From NCBI GenBank assembly GCA_934699525.1, contig CAKUWP010000011.1, positions 1,611 through 65,610 of the forward strand: DNA of 64,000 nt, in the 5' to 3' direction. The notes beneath the pieces are model-generated. The model worked only from the letters and a program-made list of their open reading frames with translations. It did not search any database and was not told where the DNA came from. Numbering within the stretch: the stretch's first letter is position 1; the number at the start of each line of letters is the position of its first letter. Below are positions 19,536 to 29,525 of the stretch, in pieces. This stretch comes from an uncultured Bacilli bacterium. Lineage in GTDB: Bacteria; Bacillota_I; Bacilli_A; RFN20; CAG-826. The position numbers and the translations under genes are program-made.

Positions 19536-19759
19536 TGGAGTGGAACGTTGGCTGGTTTTGCCTCGTTCTCGCCGCATTGATTTTGGGCCTAGTAGGCGGT
19601 TTCTTCGGCGCTAGAGCCATTATCAAAAAGGAAATCCAAAAGAACCCTCCAATCAACGAACAAATGATTCGTGCAATGTACCTTCAAATGGGACGTAAGC
19701 CCAGCGAAGCAGACATTCGCAAAATCATGAATTCCATGAAGAAAAACAGCACGCTATAA
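19535..19759 (+). CDS. yneF: UPF0154/YneF-family small membrane protein
   Basis: 74 aa, single N-terminal TM helix, basic C-terminus. yneF lies near plsY/parEC in B. subtilis. Confidence 0.6.
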   Translation: MEWNVGWFCLVLAALILGLVGGFFGARAIIKKEIQKNPPINEQMIRAMYLQMGRKPSEADIRKIMNSMKKNSTL

Positions 19760-19773
19760 TAGCGTGCTTTTTG
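19748..19773 (+). terminator. intrinsic terminator; the yneF stop codon lies in the loop
   Basis: Perfect 9-bp stem AGCACGCTA/TAGCGTGCT followed by TTTTTG. Confidence 0.75.
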
Positions 19774-19780
19774 TAATAAT

Positions 19781-19890
19781 GGCCGTCTAACTTCTAAGGT
19801 GGTTTAAGGCGGTTTTGCGAAAGCGGCCGCCCAAAGCTATAACCTTAAGGCGTTAGACGAACAGGGCATCCAGATTGGTGCCTTTTTTTG
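19781..19890 (+). ncRNA. candidate structured small RNA or second terminator module (unclassified)
   Basis: CGTCTAAC (19783-19790) pairs with GTTAGACG (19852-19859), enclosing GGCGG/CCGCC and GC-GAAA-GC helices. Then comes hairpin GGCATCC-agat-TGGTGCC plus a T7 tract at 19865-19889. Confidence 0.3.
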
Positions 19891-20926
19891 TCTTTTCAGT
19901 CCCATCCACGGGGTAAAGAGCCTCTTGATCCTTTAAAAATTGCAGCGTCTGCATGCGACACAATCGCAGTTCGGCACTGAACGATGGATGTCGGACAAGT
20001 CAAACGAAGAATCCTCCCCCGAATGATTTCTTAAAAGTGTTTGCTCGAACTAATACCGATTTCTTTGACGCTTTCCAAAAAAATCCACATTTTGCTTACG
20101 GCAAAACAAACGCAATCCATGTACAAGGATCCTAATTCGATATATGTGCCACCTACAAAACTTTGTGGTTTGTTTTTTTCAACTCTAGAGACGCTTATTG
20201 GACTGAACCAAAATCTATTCCGAGCGGAATCGGAAACCATCTATCGGCAGCTGGCGAAATTTCCTTTGGCAATGCCATCCGTTCCACAATAAATCATAAA
20301 TAGAAGTGAAAGAAGAAGAAGATTGCATTGAGATTTCCAATCGGCAAATTATTGCATCCTCGTCTAGTTTTTCTGATTGCATCCAAACTGCGTTCAGCCA
20401 TGCAGCGAACATCTCTTCTAGGAACGTTATAAATGTTTTCTATGGTAAAGAATGCTTGGAAGCAGGAAAAGAAGAACTGCGAAAAATTTTTAAAGATATT
20501 GGCGTGGTAGATTTAGTGGAATTTGAAGGAAACCAGTCTGGCTATAACTTGATAATATCTTTCGAGTAGTTAGTCATAACGATTCGGAAACTCAATGCAT
20601 ATTAAAGTCATAAAGATTTGAAGTAAGTTTATCTTTTTCACCTCTGTCTTTGCACCCTGGAGCAGCGATCCTATTCTCAATACAAATAATTTAACAATAA
20701 ATTTCGTACGGAGTTTAATCGCCCAGGGTGTAGTAGAAGCGGGTAAGGAATGCATCGAAGACAAAATGCTAAAAATAATAACACATAGTCCAATTTTTAA
20801 AAAATCAGAATCCAATAATTAAATTACAAAACTTTGTCAATCAAAAACAAAGTATTTTTCGAATGTTTTTTAAAATAATTTTTAGGTTTTTCTATTATTA
20901 TAAATACCTAGAAAACTACTAATTAT

Positions 20927-21694
20927 TTACTTTGCGTCTTTGGAGAATGGATTTTTTGTTTCCGTATGTTTTTTTAACCGCTCAATGTTGGATTTATGGC
21001 GAACGACCAGCAAAACAGTGATAGCGGTATCCATAATCGCGTATTCAAATCCGTATTCTAAGAAGGGGCCAAAACCAAAATTCCAAAGGAATACATTGGT
21101 GTTAAAAATTTGTGACGGAACGGAAACTTGAATGACAAAGACAATCCAAGCAACAATCATTCCAATCCCAGAAACGATAATGGAAGTTAACGATATATAT
21201 TTCGATTTATGCGCGATATAAAGATAAGAAAAACCAGAACAAACGAATTGAAGCCACGAGGTTAAGCAATTCAGCCCCATGAAACAGGCGACCGCTTTCC
21301 CACCTTTGAAATGGATGTAAATGGGCCAGCAATGACCGATCGCGGAAAAGAGTCCCGCCATCCAGTAAAACATTTTATTTCCGCCAACTTGCGCGTTCCC
21401 CCATGTGGCGCCCCAAGCTAAATATTGGTTCAACGGACTAAATTCTCCAATGGTCCAAATGACAAAAACCGGTATCAAGGCCTTAATCATATCGAGTGTA
21501 ATGACCAACACCCCAAATTTTTTGCCAAAAGTTCTTGCCACATTGGTCCCACCGCTATTATGTGACCCCTTATCTCGCGGGTCTTCGTGAAAAAATAACT
21601 TGCCAACAAACACGCCTGTTGGAATAGATCCAACAAAATATCCAAGGGCAGCGGCGAACAATCCGTAGAGGACATTAATCAATATGAGATTCAT
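20927..21694 (-). CDS. plsY: glycerol-3-phosphate acyltransferase PlsY with an extended C-terminus
   Basis: GSHNSGGTNVAR motif (PlsY G-x-N-x-G-x-T-N). Multiple TM helices. 255 aa against the usual roughly 200. Confidence 0.8.
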   Translation of the reverse strand: MNLILINVLYGLFAAALGYFVGSIPTGVFVGKLFFHEDPRDKGSHNSGGTNVARTFGKKFGVLVITLDMIKALIPVFVIWTIGEFSPLNQYLAWGATWGNAQVGGNKMFYWMAGLFSAIGHCWPIYIHFKGGKAVACFMGLNCLTSWLQFVCSGFSYLYIAHKSKYISLTSIIVSGIGMIVAWIVFVIQVSVPSQIFNTNVFLWNFGFGPFLEYGFEYAIMDTAITVLLVVRHKSNIERLKKHTETKNPFSKDAK

Positions 21695-21792
21695 AATTTA
21701 ATTCCTAACTTATCCATTATGGCGATTTAATGGTGCTTTTCAAACTTTTCATGCGTTATAATACCCCCAGTCATTAGACTGAATATTCACGT

Positions 21793-23742
21793 ATGGTCAA
21801 CATTGAGGAAGCCGAAAAGCAATATAGCGCGCGCAACATTGAACTCCTTAGCGAGATGGAAGGAGTGCGCAAGCGCCCGGGCATGTACATCGGTTCTACC
21901 AATTCGACGGGACTTCACCATTTGGTTTGGGAAATCGTCGATAACGGGGTAGACGAAGCAGTCAACGGATATGGGGATCGTGTTTCCGTTTGCATCCATA
22001 AAGATGGATCGGTTTCCGTGGAAGACGAAGGACGCGGTATCCCCGTCGACATTCACCCGCAAACCGGCATTCCAGCCGTGCAACTGATTTACACTACGCT
22101 CCATTCTGGCGGAAAATTTTCTAGCAAAAACTACACGACTTCAGCCGGCTTGCATGGCGTGGGTGCAACCGTTACCAACGCGCTTTCGGAATGGATCGAC
22201 GTTACTATTTATCGATTGGGGAAAATTTACCACATTCGATTCGAAGACGGTGGCAAACTTGTCCAACCTCTTGAGGAACTCGGACCGACGAAAAAGCACG
22301 GAACCTTGGTACGTTTCAAGCCGGACAAAAGAATTTTTTCCACGGTCGAATTTAAGTGGGACACGATTTATAACCACCTTCAGGAAGAAGCTTTTTTGCT
22401 CAAAAAAGTTCACTTTTTCCTTAAAGATGAACGTACGGGTCTCAGCCACGAATTCTTTTATCCCCAAGGTCTCATCGAATACATCAGTGTTTTAAACCAA
22501 AACAAGAAGCCAATCGGCGGCGTAATCGGTTTTGATGATGAAACCTCGTCGATTCGCATGGAAGTCGCCATGCAATGGTGCAACGAAGATTACAATGAAA
22601 ACGTCTATTCCTATGCCAACTCGGTTCGCACTCATGACGGCGGCACGCATGAAACGGGCTTGAGATTAGGCATTACCCGTGCCGTGAATGATTGGGCTCT
22701 CCAAAACGGCGTAATAAAAGAAAATCAAAAACTAGATGGCACCGACATTCGTGAAGGCTTAACGGCCATTATTGCTGTTAAAATTCCCGAAGATAAGCTC
22801 GAATACGAAGGACAGACCAAAGGAAAATTAGGAACTCCGGAGGCAACGTCCGTTGTCAACGACTTCGTTTATAATAACCTTGTTCACTACCTCGCAGAGC
22901 ACAAGGATTTCGCGGTGGATTTGGTGAAGAAGTGCCAAGCTTCGAAAGCCGCTAGAGACGCGGCAAGAAAAGCAAAACAGGCCGCAAGGAACGGAAAAGC
23001 CAAAAAACAAGACTTCATTATTTCGGACAAACTCGCTTCTGCACAGAGCAAGGATTATCGAAATAACGAGCTCTTTATTGTAGAGGGCGACTCCGCAGGA
23101 GGCTCGGCGAAATCGGGTCGTGACCGCATGCACCAAGCTATTCTTCCTTTACGCGGCAAACCTCTCAATACCGATTCCGTTACCATGGAGCGCATGTTGG
23201 CTAACACGGAATTTTCCACGATTATTCAAACGATCGGAGCGGGAGTCGGCGCGAATTTTGATGTAGAAGATAGTCACTACGGCAAAATCATCATCATGAC
23301 CGATGCTGATACCGATGGTGCTCACATTCAAATTTTGCTTTTAACCTTCTTCTATAATTATATGAAGCCCCTTATCACCCACGGAATGGTCTATATTGCT
23401 TGCCCGCCTCTTTATCGCGTTTATAAAAAAAGCGATCCAGCGCATAAATTTGTATACGCATGGGACGACGAATCTTTGGAAGAGGCTAAAAAGAAAATCG
23501 GCCCAGGATATGGAATCAACCGGTATAAAGGGTTGGGCGAAATGAACGCCGATCAACTCTATAACACGACCATGAATAAGGCCACGCGTAAATTATATAA
23601 GGTTACGATAGAAGACCCCTTGGTGGTTGAAAAGCGCATTAGCATCCTTATGGGAAACGATCCTTCGCAGCGTCGGGCCTGGATTGAGGAAAACGTCTCC
23701 TTCAACGAAGAAGACACATTCATTAAAGAGGTTAAGAAATAA
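21793..23742 (+). CDS. parE: DNA topoisomerase IV subunit B
   Basis: GHKL ATPase, TOPRIM (EGDSAGGSAK, IIMTDADTDGAHI) and Toprim_C domains. ALSEW and the C-terminal region fit ParE better than GyrB. plsY-parE-parC order as in B. subtilis. Near the terminus. Confidence 0.8.
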   Translation: MVNIEEAEKQYSARNIELLSEMEGVRKRPGMYIGSTNSTGLHHLVWEIVDNGVDEAVNGYGDRVSVCIHKDGSVSVEDEGRGIPVDIHPQTGIPAVQLIYTTLHSGGKFSSKNYTTSAGLHGVGATVTNALSEWIDVTIYRLGKIYHIRFEDGGKLVQPLEELGPTKKHGTLVRFKPDKRIFSTVEFKWDTIYNHLQEEAFLLKKVHFFLKDERTGLSHEFFYPQGLIEYISVLNQNKKPIGGVIGFDDETSSIRMEVAMQWCNEDYNENVYSYANSVRTHDGGTHETGLRLGITRAVNDWALQNGVIKENQKLDGTDIREGLTAIIAVKIPEDKLEYEGQTKGKLGTPEATSVVNDFVYNNLVHYLAEHKDFAVDLVKKCQASKAARDAARKAKQAARNGKAKKQDFIISDKLASAQSKDYRNNELFIVEGDSAGGSAKSGRDRMHQAILPLRGKPLNTDSVTMERMLANTEFSTIIQTIGAGVGANFDVEDSHYGKIIIMTDADTDGAHIQILLLTFFYNYMKPLITHGMVYIACPPLYRVYKKSDPAHKFVYAWDDESLEEAKKKIGPGYGINRYKGLGEMNADQLYNTTMNKATRKLYKVTIEDPLVVEKRISILMGNDPSQRRAWIEENVSFNEEDTFIKEVKK

Positions 23743-26366
23743 TGGCGAAAAAAAGGAAGGACGAAACTCCAGAAATCATAGAAAACCTCGTGCCATCCAC
23801 TTTGGATGACTTGATGGGGGATCGTTTTGACATCTACGCCAAAGACGTAATTCAAGACCGTGCGATTCCCGATGCTCGAGATGGTTTAAAACCGGTTCAG
23901 CGTCGTATTGTTTTTGCCATGTGGAAAACAGGCAACACGATTGATAAACCGACCAAGAAATGTGCTCATATCGTTGGGGAAGTCATGGGGAAGTATCACC
24001 CTCATGGCGATAGTTCCATTTATGACGCCCTCGTCCGTATGTCCCAAACCTGGCGCGTTCGTGCTCCGTTAATCGACTTCCAAGGAAATAACGGTTCCAT
24101 GGATGGCGATCCCGCTGCGGCTTATCGTTATACGGAGGCTCGTTTGGCCGCTTTATCCCAAGAATTAATCCGCGATATCGACAAAAACACCGTCGACATG
24201 GGTCTAACCTTCGATGACACCGAATTTGAGCCTCAGGTTTTGCCTTGCCATTTCCCCAATCTTTTCGTGAACGGGTCCAGCGGGATTGCCGTTGGCATGG
24301 CTACGGAAATTCCTCCGCACAATTTGGGCGAAGTAACTTCTGCAATCATCTATCGAATCCAGCACCCCAATTGCCCCATTGAAACCCTCATGCGTTTTGT
24401 CCCGGGGCCGGATTTTCCTACTGGTGGAATCATCTACGAATCGCAAGGATTGAGCGATATTTATCTTACGGGACGTGGAAAAATCGACGTGGCTAGCAAG
24501 ACGTCCATTGAAGAAGCCAAGGACGGGACTAGTCAAATCATCATCACCGAAATTCCTTATGGGGTGAATAAATCCCAACTCGTATACGCGATTGACAAAT
24601 TGCGGCATGACAAAACCATTGCTGGCATTGATGAAGTTCGCGACGAAACGGATAAAAGCGGGCTTCGTATCGCCGTCGATATCAAAGAAGGCTTCAAGCC
24701 GGAGTCCATTTTGGCTTATTTAATGCAGAAAACGCAGTTACGCTCTTCCTATACGGCCAATATGGTGGCTATTGTCAATGGCCGACCCCAGGTCATGAAC
24801 CTGCTTTCTTATTGCGACACTTATATTGCTCACCAAGTCGATGTGGAAACTAGACGTTGCCAATTCGATTTAAAGAAGGACCTTGCTCGACTAGAAATCG
24901 TAGAAGGATTGATCCGGGCGAGTGACCTCATCGATCAAATCGTTCGAGTCATCAAACGTAGCCGTGACAAAGCAGAATCCAAAGTTAACATTGCCGCAGA
25001 ATTCGGTTTTACGGAAGCTCAAAGCGAAGCCATCGTCATGATGCCTCTATACAAGCTAAGCAATTTCGATGTGGAAACCGTTTTAGACGAAAAGAAGCGC
25101 TTAGACTTTGAAATAGCGGATTTGAAGGAAACTTTGCGAAATCCCGATAAGATGAATTCCCTGATCATCTCCAGTTTAAAAGCCATTGTGAAACGCTTCG
25201 ACACCCCGCGGAGAACCGCCATCGAAGAAGAAGATGTTTCCATGCGCTCCATCAACCAAAGGGATTTGGTCGCCAAAGAAACCGTGATGGTTGTGGTGAC
25301 TCGCGACGGATATATTAAGCGTTCCTCGCTCGCTTCTTGGCGTTCTAGTGGCGGAGCTAACGGAGAGCTGCCCGGCCTTAAAAATGGCGATACTCTCATT
25401 TTCGATGGCCAATGCGACACCACCGATTGGATGCTTGTTTTTACCTCCAAGGGCAATTTCCTTTATATTCCCGTCCATTTGATCAAGGCCAATAAATGGA
25501 ATGATGAAGGAATTCACGTCAATTATGCGATTTCCCTTCCTGCAGAAGAAAAACTTGTTCGCGCCTTTGCGGTACGGAAATTCCGCGACGATCTTTTCAT
25601 CGCCTTAGTTTCCAAAAAAGGCCAAATTAAACGCACGAAGTTATCTTCTTTCCAAGTTTCCCGTTTCAATCGCCCGATTCGCGCCATGCGCTTGCTTGGC
25701 GATGACGAAGTAGTGGATGCCGTCTTAACAAGTGGCAATAGCGATTTCATGATTTTCAGCGATACGGGACTTGCCACCTTCTATAATGAAAATGAAATTG
25801 CCTATAGTTCCACCAATTCCGCTGGGGTTAAAGCCGCCTCCTTCCGTGGGGGGCTCGTGGCAGGTATGCTTTCGTTCCTCCCAGAGGAAAGCGCCAAATT
25901 GCTCTTAATTACTCAACTAGGATATACTCGGGTGGCCAGTTCGAGCAACGTAACGAAAACGGGTCGTCTGAATAAAGCAACCACCCTTTTCAAATCCTTT
26001 AAAAACGAACCACATTTCCTTGTCTACGCCCAAAAAGCACCCGATGTGGAACCCCCTTACACCCTTACGGCTACCCTTAGTAACGGTGAAACTGCTTCGA
26101 TTACATTCGAGGACTTCTATTTAACCCCCATGGATAAATATGCCAAAGGCAGTTCCATCCAACTCCCAAAAGGAGCTACCGTAGCCACTATTTTCACCAG
26201 GGATTCCACCTTAATTGACGATTCGATGGTCAGTTATCACATGGAACCCGTAAAAGAAAGCGAAGAAGAAAACTCTACTTCGGAAGTAGAAGATACGACG
26301 GAACAAAAATCTAAAGGCCCAGAAAAATTTGAGCAAATCTCCATATTTGGAGATGGAGACTTCTAA
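23742..26366 (+). CDS. parC: DNA topoisomerase IV subunit A with an acidic C-terminal tail
   Basis: Active-site region ..AAAYRYTEARL.. (catalytic Tyr). No GyrA-box QRGGKG in the CTD. 874 aa. ATGG overlap with parE. Confidence 0.8.
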   Translation: MAKKRKDETPEIIENLVPSTLDDLMGDRFDIYAKDVIQDRAIPDARDGLKPVQRRIVFAMWKTGNTIDKPTKKCAHIVGEVMGKYHPHGDSSIYDALVRMSQTWRVRAPLIDFQGNNGSMDGDPAAAYRYTEARLAALSQELIRDIDKNTVDMGLTFDDTEFEPQVLPCHFPNLFVNGSSGIAVGMATEIPPHNLGEVTSAIIYRIQHPNCPIETLMRFVPGPDFPTGGIIYESQGLSDIYLTGRGKIDVASKTSIEEAKDGTSQIIITEIPYGVNKSQLVYAIDKLRHDKTIAGIDEVRDETDKSGLRIAVDIKEGFKPESILAYLMQKTQLRSSYTANMVAIVNGRPQVMNLLSYCDTYIAHQVDVETRRCQFDLKKDLARLEIVEGLIRASDLIDQIVRVIKRSRDKAESKVNIAAEFGFTEAQSEAIVMMPLYKLSNFDVETVLDEKKRLDFEIADLKETLRNPDKMNSLIISSLKAIVKRFDTPRRTAIEEEDVSMRSINQRDLVAKETVMVVVTRDGYIKRSSLASWRSSGGANGELPGLKNGDTLIFDGQCDTTDWMLVFTSKGNFLYIPVHLIKANKWNDEGIHVNYAISLPAEEKLVRAFAVRKFRDDLFIALVSKKGQIKRTKLSSFQVSRFNRPIRAMRLLGDDEVVDAVLTSGNSDFMIFSDTGLATFYNENEIAYSSTNSAGVKAASFRGGLVAGMLSFLPEESAKLLLITQLGYTRVASSSNVTKTGRLNKATTLFKSFKNEPHFLVYAQKAPDVEPPYTLTATLSNGETASITFEDFYLTPMDKYAKGSSIQLPKGATVATIFTRDSTLIDDSMVSYHMEPVKESEEENSTSEVEDTTEQKSKGPEKFEQISIFGDGDF

Positions 26367-26431
26367 AAATCGATTCAAATTCCTTTCTTGCCCGCATTTA
26401 CGGAATGAGCAAATCCTCCTACAATGTCTTT

Positions 26432-26956
26432 ATGAAGAAATCGCTTCCCTTCGCCCACGCCAAATCGCTATTCGAAGTCCCTCCCTCTTTCTTTGAAAGA
26501 ATCGGGGTTAAAGTCCTTCTTTGCGATTTGGACAATACCCTCATTCCTTACGGAAGCAAAGAACCAACCCCGGAGCTTATCGCCTATAGGGATGTTCTTG
26601 CTGAAAAAGGGATTCAAATGGTTGTTTGTTCGAACGGAAGGGGCGGAAGAGTTTTGGAGGTTTCTCAGAAAGCCGGCTTAGAAGCCCATGGATGGATGAA
26701 GAAGCCCTTCAAAGGTCCTCTAGTTCGACTAATGAAAGAAAAAGGCTGGAAACCAAGCGAAGTCTTATTGGTGGGGGATCAAATCCAAACCGATGTTCTT
26801 TGCGGAAATCGCGCCGGAATTCGGGTCTTATTGACGGAACCTCTCGGGACTTATGAACCCCTTTGGACCAAATTCAATCGCCTCTTCGACAAACCCAAAC
26901 GAAAAAAGATGTTTGCCAAACACTGGATCAAAGAATGGAAGGAGATCGAAACATGA
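26432..26956 (+). CDS. yqeG: YqeG-family HAD phosphatase
   Basis: DLDNTL HAD motif I, GDQIQTDV motif. Aligns with B. subtilis YqeG from the M at 26432. The ORF is open from 26405. Confidence 0.8.
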   Translation: MKKSLPFAHAKSLFEVPPSFFERIGVKVLLCDLDNTLIPYGSKEPTPELIAYRDVLAEKGIQMVVCSNGRGGRVLEVSQKAGLEAHGWMKKPFKGPLVRLMKEKGWKPSEVLLVGDQIQTDVLCGNRAGIRVLLTEPLGTYEPLWTKFNRLFDKPKRKKMFAKHWIKEWKEIET

Positions 26957-28098
26957 GCAAATTAAACATCGTGCGTCGTTGCTACAATTGCGGCGCCATC
27001 CTCCAAACCGATGACAAAGAAGCGGAAGGCTATGTCTCCCCGGAAGTCATCAAAAACACCAATGCTTTGGTCGTTTTTTGCGATTCCTGTTACGCGAAAC
27101 AACGTTACAATTTCAGCAAACACGAACTAGGCTGCTCCGATGAATACCTTTCCATGTTAAAGGATGCACGTGCTAGCGACGCCTTAATTGTTTGCGTCAT
27201 TGACTTATTTAGTTTCGAAGCCGGTTTCCCCAAGGATGTCGTCGATATCATTTCCGATAATCCCGTTCTCGTCATCGCCAACAAAAGAGATCTTTTGCCA
27301 GCGGATGCCGATGACCAAAAATTAAAAGAATACGTTGCTCACCGTTTCCGGGTATCCAAGATTTCCGTCGAAGCCAGCGATGTCGTTTTGACCTCTCTCA
27401 CCGGTATGGCCGATATCTCACCCATTGCCAAGGAAATTGGGAAAAGGCGCCGCGGACACGACGTTTATCTCATCGGGGCGTCTAACGCCGGAAAAACCCT
27501 TTTCCTTTCTTCGTTTTTGCGGAGCTACAAGAACAACACGTTCAACAGTGTTGTGACAGCTAAATACCCAGGAACCTCGATTCGCGTGATGCAAATTCCC
27601 TTGGATTCGTCGACCTTTATTTACGATACCCCAGGGACTCCAACGGACAATTCCATGACGCATCTGCTTAGCGTAGACCAAGTTCGCCTCGCCTATCCTT
27701 CCGACCCCATAAAACCGCGTATCGTTGCTTTATCGGCAGGGGAATCCCTTTGCATTGGGGGATTAGCGCGGATCGAATTGGTCAAAGGAGACAAAACCCC
27801 CATCACCTATTTCGGCTCCAAAAACGTCAAATTAGCCAAAACCCGTTCTAAGCACGCCGAAGCCGACTTTTTCCAGATGATTCAAAAGGGATTTTTATTC
27901 CCGCAAAGCCCCTTTTTGCTGGGGCCTGTGGACCTTGCGGCCTATGAATTAGTCGTAGACGAAACGGGTAGCCGGGATATCGGCATCGAAGGATATGGTT
28001 GGATTGGATTCCGCGGAAAGAAACAAACCTTCCGAATTTTTGTTCCAAAAGATGTCGCGATTTACACCAGTCGTTCGAAAATTCCAGTAAAGAAATAA
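26953..28098 (+). CDS. yqeH: ribosome biogenesis GTPase YqeH
   Basis: N-terminal Zn ribbon CYNCG..CDSC. Circularly permuted GTPase motifs (NKRD.., GASNAGKT). ATGA overlap with yqeG. Confidence 0.85.
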   Translation: MSKLNIVRRCYNCGAILQTDDKEAEGYVSPEVIKNTNALVVFCDSCYAKQRYNFSKHELGCSDEYLSMLKDARASDALIVCVIDLFSFEAGFPKDVVDIISDNPVLVIANKRDLLPADADDQKLKEYVAHRFRVSKISVEASDVVLTSLTGMADISPIAKEIGKRRRGHDVYLIGASNAGKTLFLSSFLRSYKNNTFNSVVTAKYPGTSIRVMQIPLDSSTFIYDTPGTPTDNSMTHLLSVDQVRLAYPSDPIKPRIVALSAGESLCIGGLARIELVKGDKTPITYFGSKNVKLAKTRSKHAEADFFQMIQKGFLFPQSPFLLGPVDLAAYELVVDETGSRDIGIEGYGWIGFRGKKQTFRIFVPKDVAIYTSRSKIPVKK

Positions 28099-28110
28099 GG
28101 ATTTATTACT

Positions 28111-28410
28111 ATGTTAAAACCCTATCAAAAAGCCTATTTAAAAAAGTTAGCCAACCCCATTTCTCATCGTTACTTAATTGGGAAAGGCGGATTGGACGAT
28201 AAGTTCGTAGCCGAACTAAACGATGCGTTAGAAGCCCGCGAGTTAATTAAAGTTGGTATTTTGCAGAACGCATCCTGCGAACCAAAACAAATTGCCGAAG
28301 AGTTGGCGGAGCGTCTTGATGCAGACCTCGTCCAAGTCATTGGGCGTGTCATGGTTTATTACCGCAAATCGAAAAAGAATCCAAAAATCGTTGTTCCCAC
28401 TCGCGATTAA
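28111..28410 (+). CDS. yhbY: RNA-binding protein YhbY (CRS1/YhbY domain)
   Basis: 99 aa. LIKVGIL..IGR..VYYR pattern typical of the CRM domain. Confidence 0.8.
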   Translation: MLKPYQKAYLKKLANPISHRYLIGKGGLDDKFVAELNDALEARELIKVGILQNASCEPKQIAEELAERLDADLVQVIGRVMVYYRKSKKNPKIVVPTRD

Positions 28411-28421
28411 TTCAATTCGGA

Positions 28422-29522
28422 ATGGAATCTCTAATTCTTTACGGCGGAACATTCGACCCCATCCATAATGGCCATCTGCGCATCGCACGGGCAGCAAGCT
28501 TAACGTTAAACGCGGATGTGATTTTTATTCCCAATGCAAATCCACCAGGTAAAAAACCAATTGCCTGTTTTTCAGATCGCTTAGAAATGCTTAAGGACGC
28601 ATTAAAGGAAGATGGATCAGCATCCTTTTCCGTTTCTTTGTTCGAGTCCGAACTAACTATAGAACCCCATTACTGGATCGACACGTTACGTTATTTCAAA
28701 AACCGTTACCCGAAGCGGAGACTATTTTTCATTATTGGCGCGGACGAGGCCAATCAATTCCCTTCTTGGAAATCCCCGGATGAAATCTCAAAGCTCGCGA
28801 CGCCAATTTACGTGCCGCGAACAGGAATCGAGGTTCAAGACGCCTTATTGCAAAAATATGGAATGCGGCGCTTGCCGTATGAAAAGTCGGGAGAGGTAAG
28901 CAGTTCGGAGGTTCGCCGGCTGCATTCTTTGGATATCCCCCTTTCCGTTCGAAACAACATTGAGAAAAAACACCTTTATTTCATTAACGATATTTCGAAA
29001 ATGCTTTCCGCTCATCGTTTGCTGCATTCAATCTCCGTTGCCCACTTGGCTTACGAAATCGCTTATCGCAATCATTTACGCAACCCAAAATTCGCCTATA
29101 TCGCAGGATTGCTGCACGACATCGGGAAGGATGTGCCCAAAGAAACAGAGATCGTCTTCATGAAAGAACGCTTTCCTGAACAGGCTCAATTCCCCGAATG
29201 GACCTATCATCAGTTTATTGGCGCGGAGATTGCCAAAGAAAAGTTCGGAATCGAACAAGAAGAGATCCTAGATGCGATTCGGTGTCATGCAACCGGAAAG
29301 CCCCATATGACTCGCTTGGCCAAAATTATTTATTCAAGCGATAAGATCGATCCGCTGCGAGGCTACGATTCCAGCAAATTAATCAAAGCCTGCATCAAGG
29401 ATTGCTACCAAGGATTTATTCGCGTCTTGGAGGCGAATAAAATATATTTGGAAGGGAAGGGATATCGAATAGATAACCCCATGACCGAAGCCTGTATGAA
29501 GTTGTATCTAGGAGGAAAATAA
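28422..29522 (+). CDS. nadD: fused nicotinate-nucleotide adenylyltransferase NadD and HD-domain hydrolase YqeK
   Basis: N-terminal GGTFDPIHNGH nucleotidyltransferase motif. C-terminal HD domain (LLHDIGK.., H..H..D). 366 aa in a single ORF. Confidence 0.85.
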   Translation: MESLILYGGTFDPIHNGHLRIARAASLTLNADVIFIPNANPPGKKPIACFSDRLEMLKDALKEDGSASFSVSLFESELTIEPHYWIDTLRYFKNRYPKRRLFFIIGADEANQFPSWKSPDEISKLATPIYVPRTGIEVQDALLQKYGMRRLPYEKSGEVSSSEVRRLHSLDIPLSVRNNIEKKHLYFINDISKMLSAHRLLHSISVAHLAYEIAYRNHLRNPKFAYIAGLLHDIGKDVPKETEIVFMKERFPEQAQFPEWTYHQFIGAEIAKEKFGIEQEEILDAIRCHATGKPHMTRLAKIIYSSDKIDPLRGYDSSKLIKACIKDCYQGFIRVLEANKIYLEGKGYRIDNPMTEACMKLYLGGK

Positions 29523-29525
29523 AAA

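Noticed and set aside
20306-20569. 87-aa ORF (MKEEEDCIEI..) in the gene-free region
   Set aside because: GTG start, no Shine-Dalgarno, no recognisable domain, flanked by other short out-of-frame ORFs. Retained only as part of the non-coding or pseudogene interval.
21793-26366. Labelling the type II topoisomerase pair as gyrB/gyrA
   Set aside because: Sequence features (ALSEW motif, no GyrA-box in the CTD), plsY-parE-parC synteny and terminus-proximal location favour Topo IV. gyrBA are normally next to dnaA/dnaN at the origin.
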